Part shown: positions 55,453 through 64,000 of the stretch, in pieces
Numbering within the stretch: the stretch's first letter is position 1
Layout: each line of letters begins with the position of its first letter
DNA from: Eledone cirrhosa
Taxonomy: Eukaryota
Length of the DNA: 64,000 nt
Direction of reading: 5' to 3'
Assembly: GCA_964016885.1 (NCBI GenBank)
Contig: OZ024742.1
Span: 123,194,001-123,258,000, forward strand
Position numbers and translations under genes: made by a program
The notes under the pieces: generated by a model
The model's database searches: none
Told to the model about the DNA's origin: nothing
What the model saw: the letters and a program-made list of their open reading frames with translations, nothing else

Positions 55453-58400
55453 CAGATCCTTATACTTGCTCAATTTTTCAAATGTTTTTATAGATACATT
55501 CTTGTCTGTTGGAACGGACATATCAATTAGCAGGCATACCCTATTTTTAAAGTCCTTCAATATTATATCAGGTCTATTTGCATCTATTTTTCGGTCTGTT
55601 TTGATGCTAAAGTTCCACAAGATTGAGATGTGATCTTTTTCAAGTATGGGAGGTGGTTGATGCTCCCACCAATTCTTTTGATGGGGCAGGTCAAAATGCT
55701 TACACATTATCCAATGTATGTATTGTGCAGCTCTGTCATGCCTGTTTAGGTATTCGGTTGGAGCTATAGGACTGCACATTGAAATTATATGGTCAATGGT
55801 CTCTGGTTGTTTTTTGCATACACGGCATAATGGGCTGCACCCATTTTTTATTATGTTGGCTTGGTAATTTTTTGTTGGCAGACACTGATCTTGTGCTGAT
55901 ATAATCAGTCCTTCAGTCTCCGATTTCAGTCCAGAGGATGCCAACCACTGATGGGTTAAAGTTTTGTCAACATCAGGATTGTTAGCTTGTTCTGGGTATT
56001 TTCCATACAGAGGCTTTTCTTGCCATTTCTTAGCCAGTTCCTGTAGCAGTTCTTTCTTTGCAGTTACTTTTACCTGCTTTGCTTTTTCTGTGTTTTCCAT
56101 TTCAGCAGTAAATGGGACTTCTGAAATTTGTAGTCCATTACTGTATCTTTGTGCATCTTTTGTAATGGAATATGATCTTTTGATGCTTTCGTGTTTCAAA
56201 ACGAGTTTGATCATCCAATCATGTGATTCCCTTAGATATGTAGATAATCCAATTGTTGCAGTTTTCAACGCAATGTCTAACTGGATTAAACCACGTCCTC
56301 CTTCATTCCTAGGGAGCTATATTCTATCTATATCTGCCTTAGGGTGATGCATTCTGCGCATGGTTAAGAATTTTCGAATTTTTGTATCGAGCCTACGGAT
56401 CTCTGTGTTTGACCAGTTGATGACATTGTAACTGTAGGTTACTACTGGTATGGCAAGCGTGTTTATGGCATCGATCCTATTCCTTGCATTCAATTCGGTT
56501 CTTAAGATTGCTCTTACTCTGCGGTAACATTCCTTCCTTATCCTTTCCCTCATTGTCGAGTGCTTGATTCCGTCTCCTTCACAAACACCTAGATATTTGT
56601 AAGTTTTTTCTTGATCAAGTTCTCTTATCACGTTCCCCCGATCAAGATTAATGTCTGACCTCTTCAGCAGCTTTCCTCTGGTGAACGTTGCTTTGGCGCA
56701 TTTATCAAGTCCAAACTCCATTTTAATGTCATCACTGAACTGCTCCACAGTGGATAATAGCCCTTGCAATTGTTCATCATTTTTTGCAAATAGTTTCAGG
56801 TCATCCATGTAGAACAAGTGATTAATGGCTTTGTCATAGACTTTATATCCATGATTTATTTCATTGAGCATTTTACTTAATGGTATAAGTACGATGCAGA
56901 ATAAAAGCGGTGATAAAGAGTCACCCTGAAAAATTCCACAATTAATATTAACTTCTCCAGCTTCCAGTGATTTTGTTTCACTATTCAAAAGGAGTGCCGT
57001 TTTCCATGTCTTCATACTGAATGACAAAAACCTCCTGACAACGTATATTTTGAAAATCTCTAAACATTTTTCAATCCAACTGTGTGGCAAACTATCGAAT
57101 GCTTTTTTATAATCTATCCAAGCAATTGATAGATTTTTGTGTCTATTATGACAATCTTCCACTATCATTTTGTTAACCAAAAGCTGATCCTTACAGCCAT
57201 ATGAGCCTCGTTTACACCCTTTCTGCTCAATGGGAAATAGGTCATTTGTTATCAGGTGGTCTTATGTGTATTCAGTTAGGACTGATGTTAAAATTTTATA
57301 CATTGTGGTCCAGCAAGTTTTCGGTCTGTAATTTTGGGGATTGTTTGTCTCATCATTCTTTGGAAGCAGGAATGTAATGCCGTTAACTAGCCATGATGTT
57401 ATCTTTTCTGGCTCCTTAACTATTTCATTGTAAAGTTCGGCTAACAGCTCATCAGACTCTGTGAAGGCATTTATCCAAAAATTTTGTATTTTGTCTTTTC
57501 CTGGGGATTTCCATTTGCTGGTTTTTCTTAGAGCCAAGCGCAACTGTTCAACTGTTATATTTTCCCATATTTGTTCTTCAAGGTGAGCTGTATCTTTCAT
57601 TTGTCTGTCTGTCCATGGGGCATGTATGTTATGAACTTTTTCTTCGTCCCAGATCTTTTCCCAGAATTCTTGCACTTCCTCCTTGGGTGGTATTGATTTA
57701 GCAGTTATTGTTGACTTACCAATTTTTCTGTAGAAGTTTCTTTGGTTGTTTTTGAACATATTATTGTCCTTATAGAATCTAGATCGTTTTTCAAAGCGCC
57801 TTATACGAGCAGCTTTGGCCGACACTTTTTGCTTGATTATTTCTATCAGCATGTCTATGTCACTTGTTGATTTTATACTGTACTTTCTTTTCAATTTTCT
57901 AAGTTTAGTTTGTTTAACATGTTCACCTACTTTATAGTTTGTTAAAATTTCTATGTCAGATCGGAGAAGGTTTATTTGGCGATTGATGTTCTCTTGCCAA
58001 GTAGATTTCTTGTGGGAATTCCTTTGTTGTTTCATCTTCACTCCACATAAGTGAGTGGTGACTTTAGCCGATGCATAATAGAGATGATTTAAATCAGTAA
58101 TGTTTAGTTTGTTTGTAATGATAATGTTTTTGAGAATTATGTTAGTCTCGTGTATTATCTTTTGGTTCTGTTTGGAGTTCTGGATCTTAGGGAGGGTGTC
58201 TCGTTGCCCCATGTCAGATTCTTTCATTTTCATCCATTCGATCATAATGTCATCCTTCAAGTTGGCAAGTTCATTCTCATTCATTTCTTTATCATTTACG
58301 ATCTCATTATTTTCATTTGGAGTTTCATCTTGAGCATGCACTCCCTCCACTTTTTCGATCCTTTCTTTAATTTGTTCTGTTGCCAGTGATTCCGCCCCAA

Positions 58401-58548
58401 CCCTGGGATTCGAAGTGTTACAATTTACCTCGTTTTCACTGACACATGTTTCATTTCCCCTTCGCTGACTTTGTGCTAATAGCTTGATCTGATCAATTTC
58501 TATATCAGTTATTAACTTTTTTTTTACAATATTTCTTCGTATATTGGC
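55453..58548 (-). mobile_element. R4/Dong-clade non-LTR retrotransposon, family Y (RT, CCHC, RLE)
   Basis: ORFs 57262..58596, 56317..57180 and 55420..56268 are one frame broken by two in-frame stops. Motifs GIFQGDSLSPLLF, FYMDDLK, CRVC..H..C and NRPDIILKD..DMSVP..EKLSKY. Confidence 0.92.
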
Positions 58549-58573
58549 TATTATTATTATTATTATTATTATT

Positions 58574-59646
58574 GTTATTCCTTGAATCTCAGTCATTGAT
58601 GTTGGTTAACTGGAAAGTCCGTTGGATTGAATATCAAGCCACTACCTGCAGCCTCAGATATTCAGGACGTATCGGAGGGTTCTTGCTGTTCCAAGCAAGC
58701 ATGCCTTTTGAAGCGTTCCAAAAAGCGTGAAGGGGCCGATTTTCTTTAACCATCCCTGGAAACTTTTGGAGATAGTCCCCAGTGCGCCTATGACAATCGG
58801 GATCACTTTGACTTCATGGCAGTTCCAAATCCTTTTCACCTCCCACTTTAGGTCCTGGTATCGGTTAATTTTCTCCCTCTCCTCTTGCACTCTCGTGTCG
58901 AACGGGCAGGCCACATCCACAATCAGACACGATCTTTTTTCTTTGTCCACAACCACCAGGTCAGGTCTATTGTGTTCCAGTTTTTTGTCCGTCTGTATCC
59001 TAAAATCCCACAGCACCTTCACCTGATTGTTCTCCATCACCGCCTCTGGCCTATGCTCATACCATTTCCAGAATGTGGTAAATTGTTTACTTTGCACAGG
59101 TGCCAGTGGATCACCCTGCCCATCACATCGTGTCTCCAGCCCTTATAGTGGGTCTGGGCTAGGTGTTTACACTCGGACACAATGTGAACCACAGTCTCCT
59201 CTCTCTCCACAGATCCTGCACAGTGGGCTAGCCTCCTCCTTGTAGATATGGTGCTTCAACCACTTCGTTTTGAGGGCCTGCTCCTGCGCAGCCATTAGCA
59301 TTCCTTCTGTAGCCTTTTTGAGGTCTCCTCTTCTCAACCAGTTCCATGTCTGTGGATCTCTAAATTCAGTTTTCTCAAAGAAGGTACTATGAAGGGATTT
59401 TCCCTTAAGGCTGCTCTTCCTCCTTGATGTTATTTCCTCCTTGGACATCCCCTGGCCTACTGTCCCCTCCTTCAGTACAGTTCTGAGCATTGGCTCCTTA
59501 CTATAGGTCACGTATTTGTATAGGTTGTTTTTCTCCATCTGAACACAGTCCTCTATGCTGATAAGACCTCTTCCAGCCTCAGATCTCCTTAGGTAGAGTC
59601 TATCGACATCACTCCTCTTGTGGAACATGAAGCTATTGACTATCTA

Positions 59647-59648
<2 letters not shown>
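58574..59648 (-). mobile_element. R4/Dong family X, second 5'-truncated copy with RLE retained
   Basis: Highly similar to 52529-53330. ORF 58654..59097 has NRPDLVVVDK..DVACPFD..EKINRYQDL. Bounded by (TAA)n. Confidence 0.9.
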
Positions 59649-59731
<83 letters not shown>

Positions 59732-59735
59732 TATT
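59649..59735. repeat. (ATT)n microsatellite
   Basis: Direct reading. Confidence 0.95.
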
Positions 59736-59736
59736 A

Positions 59737-60315
59737 AGGGCAGTGGATTGGCAGTATGTGTAGAGCGCCGTAGAACATATTATGCGGCATATAATTACTT
59801 CCATTTATATTCTAAGCTCAGATCCCGCCGCGGTTAGCTTTGCTTTTCCCTATTAAGTGTTCGATAAAATAACCCTCTAGTAACACACTGGAGTCGATTT
59901 AATCAACTTCTCCCTACTCCAAATTATGGGCCTTGTGCCTAAATCACAAGCCATCAGGGGTAGATAAAATAAAGTACCAGTAATACACTGGGTTATTGCT
60001 GGCCTTATGCCTAACGTAGAAACAATTATTAGTTGTTTTTATCGTAAAGGGACGTAACCATGCTTTCCAGCATGGTTACGTCCCTTTACGATCTGAGTTC
60101 AAATCCCGCCGAGGTTGACTTTGCCTTTCATCCTTACGGGGTCGATAAAATAAAGTACCAGTAATGCACTGGTTAATTGCTGGCCTTGTGCCTAAAGTAT
60201 TAGTTGTTTTTATATTGCAGTGGTTAGCTTTGCCTTTCATCATTACCAGGTGAATAAAATAAAGTACCAGTAATGTACTGAGGTCGATTTTATCGACTTC
60301 CCAAAAATTATTGTC
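59737..60315 (+). mobile_element. Cluster of four SINE family 1 copies or fragments
   Basis: Repeated gataaaataaagtaccagtaat..ctgg and ggccttgtgcctaa blocks. B-box GAGTTCAAATCC near 60095. Confidence 0.8.
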
Positions 60316-61691
60316 CATTCATACACATAATATAAGATAATGACAAGCACTAAATTACCTATACATAGTTCATGCTATATAATGTAAAATCATTGTAGCA
60401 TACAGATACATTATATTATCTATAATGCGGTATCGTTCAGGCATTAGTTCAACATGATATCAGCAATAGCACAATGACAGTATTGCTCAGACAATTCTAC
60501 CAATTCACTACCCTAGACAGGTACATTATTTTATTTACCATGAATGAATGAAAGGCGAAGTTCACATTAGGGGTTTAAAATCTTGTAGCGAAGCGAGCCA
60601 AAACAAACACCACAAATCTTACGCTCAAACAGTTCCGCCACTTCGATGTCTGCCTAACACATGTACGAAATCAAACAAACGAAGCGTTCAAAAAATTAAT
60701 GCTGTGTAGACAAATATATAAAGTAGAGTTCTATACTAAATACATAATATTATGTAAATTTGCCACCTGACATACTAGCTCTGAATCTTGCACACCGTGT
60801 TTCTTTTTGTTTGTATTTTTGTTGTTGACTGTTTTTTGCTTTTTTCACTTTTTCAATGTGTTGACATCAATGAAATGAATAACAATAATACATTTCGATC
60901 GATTCAATCATCATTACACAAATTAGCTATCTTCCTGGCCGAAAAAATCCAATATTACAATAAAAGAATCAATATTAATGACAATATCGAATTGAAAGCG
61001 ACGGTTGTATTAATAAAAGCAACATGTCACCTGTACAATATTATCTAATGGATAGAAATCATTTCATCAATACATATGCTTTAAAGGCATATTGGTGTTG
61101 AGCTATATGACCATATTTCTATATTAACTCATCATGACGACGGGAAAAGTGATGAGTTATTTCTGTGGTTACAGAAATTATATTGCTTACTTCCGACAAA
61201 TGTTCAATATTTTCGTGGAAAGAGAAATAAAAAGTGTTAATTTTTATGTTTTTTCCAATGACATGATTGGCGATATTAAAACAATACTAAAAGGGCTTCA
61301 AAGAAGAAGTCGGTCCTAGAGGTTAGTACACATTTCTCACAGCAAACACTAAGTATAAATATATTAGCTTTATTTCATTTTTTTTAAATTCATAATATTG
61401 TTAAGTATTTCTTATTTTTATATGGTGGGAATGGTAATATTATACATAAAACTCTCCCTATTGTTCTCTTTGTCACTCATTCTCAACATCCTATATATAC
61501 GTGCATGAGGGTTTACATAAATATACATTTACACATACATTCAAACACACACATATACATACTAACATAAGTATACACACAACATACACAGCGCTAAACA
61601 ACAACTTCCACTCAAATATCTAGTGTATCTATATATCTATATATCTATATATATATATACATATATATATGGGTATATACATATGTATATA

Positions 61692-61726
<35 letters not shown>

Positions 61727-62219
61727 GGAAAAAATGAAACGAAATTTCATTTCTCACTCTTAGTACGGCTGTTACTTAAATATAAGTATGTATACGTATA
61801 TACATATATGTATACAGACGTACAGTAGTATGTATATATATATACATACATGCGCACATATATATATGTACGTATGTATGGATTTACCGAACATTTATTA
61901 TGATGCTCGGTTGTTTGTAACAAACATCCCGACTTAAGCCGTACAGTGTTTAGCAACAATCGTTGCCCTTTTGTTCAAGACTTCCAGGCATGACGCCCTC
62001 CACCCTCCTTCTGTCTGTTTACTGATATCTAGGACTATATTATCTAAAGTGTCCCTTCCTCTTTTTCTCAAATGGTAGAGTTTATTTTAATGGATATTTG
62101 CTATTTCTAGCCATCCGAAAGGTTTCTAAAAGCTCTCTTATGTTATGTTGTGCTCCGATAATACCTATCATAACTATCTACAAACTTATGAGCCATATCA
62201 AGCGATCATATATCATTAC

Positions 62220-62656
<437 letters not shown>

Positions 62657-62659
62657 TCG

Positions 62660-62850
62660 TGAGTGTGCAGGACAAAATGCGAATGTGCTTTTAGTTAAGG
62701 CTCTTTACGCCCTGAGTTGAAAAACCACCGGGGTCAGCTTTGCTTTTTATCTTTCCAGGGTCGATAAAATTAAGTACCAATCAATGGTTCGATGTTATAG
62801 ACTTCGTTTCCTTAGATTATTGGCCCTGTGCCTAGATCAGAAACCATCAT
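62660..62850 (+). mobile_element. SINE family 1
   Basis: Family blocks, ending tgtgcctagatcagaaacc. Confidence 0.65.
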
Positions 62851-63194
62851 TATTTCCCTTCATAATTTTCTTTACCATTGATTTCAAACATAAATAAAAC
62901 ACTTAAATCTAAGGGAGGTTATAGGCATTGTAAGCCATATATACTTAAATATTACTTAATTTAATTAATCAGGAAAAATAATAAAAAAATCCACACGGTC
63001 TGGATTTGAACTTAAAGCGATGCAAGGTAATGCCATAGAGCATACGACAATCATTCTCATATTACGGGTAAGCTCGTCTCTATCAATGGTCGAGTAAAGG
63101 TGAAGATTATAAACGTTCTATAGTAATTCATTGTTGCTATCGTGTTACAATCTCAAAATCATGACAAAGAGACATGACAAAAGACAGGTAACCA

Positions 63195-63308
63195 GATAGA
63201 TAAAAAGGTAGATAGATAGATAGTTATATATATATGTATATATATATGTGTGTGTGTGTGTGTATGTGTGTGTATAGAGAGAGATGAGAGAGAGAGAAAA
63301 AGAAAGAG

Positions 63309-63346
<38 letters not shown>

Positions 63347-63360
63347 TTAGATAGATAGAC
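63195..63360. repeat. Compound GATA/TA/TG/GA microsatellite
   Basis: Direct reading. Confidence 0.9.
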
Positions 63361-64000
63361 AAGTTAGTTTATAGCGATATTTTAACCTATTAATAATACC
63401 ATGACAGATACAGAACATAACAATATTACTGCAGCATTAGACGTCCTTTACGTACAAACAATTTATAGATAAAGCTTTCAAAATATTTCGAAATGAACAG
63501 CTTTACAGTCTTTGTATGACCTTTATAACTTCACTTATATTTATTGCATAGCAAATACTGTAAGGGAACTACAATAAATTCAGTCTTACAGGCAAAAGCA
63601 AAATCGGTTAAGGATGGGATGCATTTGTTCAAAGGCATATTCGATCAAAGCTTTCCTTGTGCTAAATAAGTTTTTCTGATACAGACGGAATGCTTTATTT
63701 TGGAGGAAAGGGGTTAGTCAAATAAATCAAGCTTAGTATTTGACTGGTACTTCCCTTTATCGATCATGGAAGGTAGAAAGGAAAATTTGGTTTCGATGAG
63801 ATTTGACCTCAGATGTTTAAAAAGTGGAAATACATACTGAAATATTTCTACCGATTTTGCCAACCTGTCTGCCTTACATGGTGAAAGATAATTGTCTCTA
63901 ATTTAGACACGAGTCCAATAATTTGAGGGAGGGAAGTCTATTACATTCGGGGCAGGCAGAGTCATTCATATCAACCTCAATAAGTGACTGGTACATTATT

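Noticed and set aside
56317-57264. In-frame stops in the LINE ORF as possible recoding or selenocysteine sites
   Set aside because: The stops are TAA and TAG at probable Tyr codons, not TGA, so ordinary nonsense mutations explain them.
58549-58596. N-terminus MTEIQGITIIIIIIII of the 444-aa ORF
   Set aside because: Read-through from the neighbouring element's 3' UTR and the (TAA)n run.

Overview
AT-rich, repeat-dominated eukaryotic DNA with no host protein-coding gene I can support. The dense (TA)n/(CA)n/(TAA)n microsatellites and two abundant tRNA-derived SINE families suggest an octopus or other cephalopod genome (inference). Recognisable contents: a non-autonomous Helitron (1108-1796); a decayed Chapaev3-type transposase (about 2.1-3.2 kb); about 25 SINE copies; a stack of R4/Dong-type RLE non-LTR retrotransposons plus a Tx1-like 3' end inserted into (TAA)n repeats (52-59.7 kb); and old Tigger, CR1, RTE and Dong remnants. 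The most striking signal is a set of fold-back (palindromic) elements from at least five unrelated sequence families, all next to (TA)n microsatellites. Most have one arm extended by an unpaired tail and carry minimal type-I hammerhead ribozyme motifs. The largest is a perfect 1446-bp palindrome encoding the C-terminus of a Penelope-type GIY-YIG endonuclease. I read these as microsatellite-targeted, hammerhead-bearing Penelope-like (PLE) insertions. Most six-frame ORFs in the track are microsatellite translation artefacts. All calls are by eye, without database searches.
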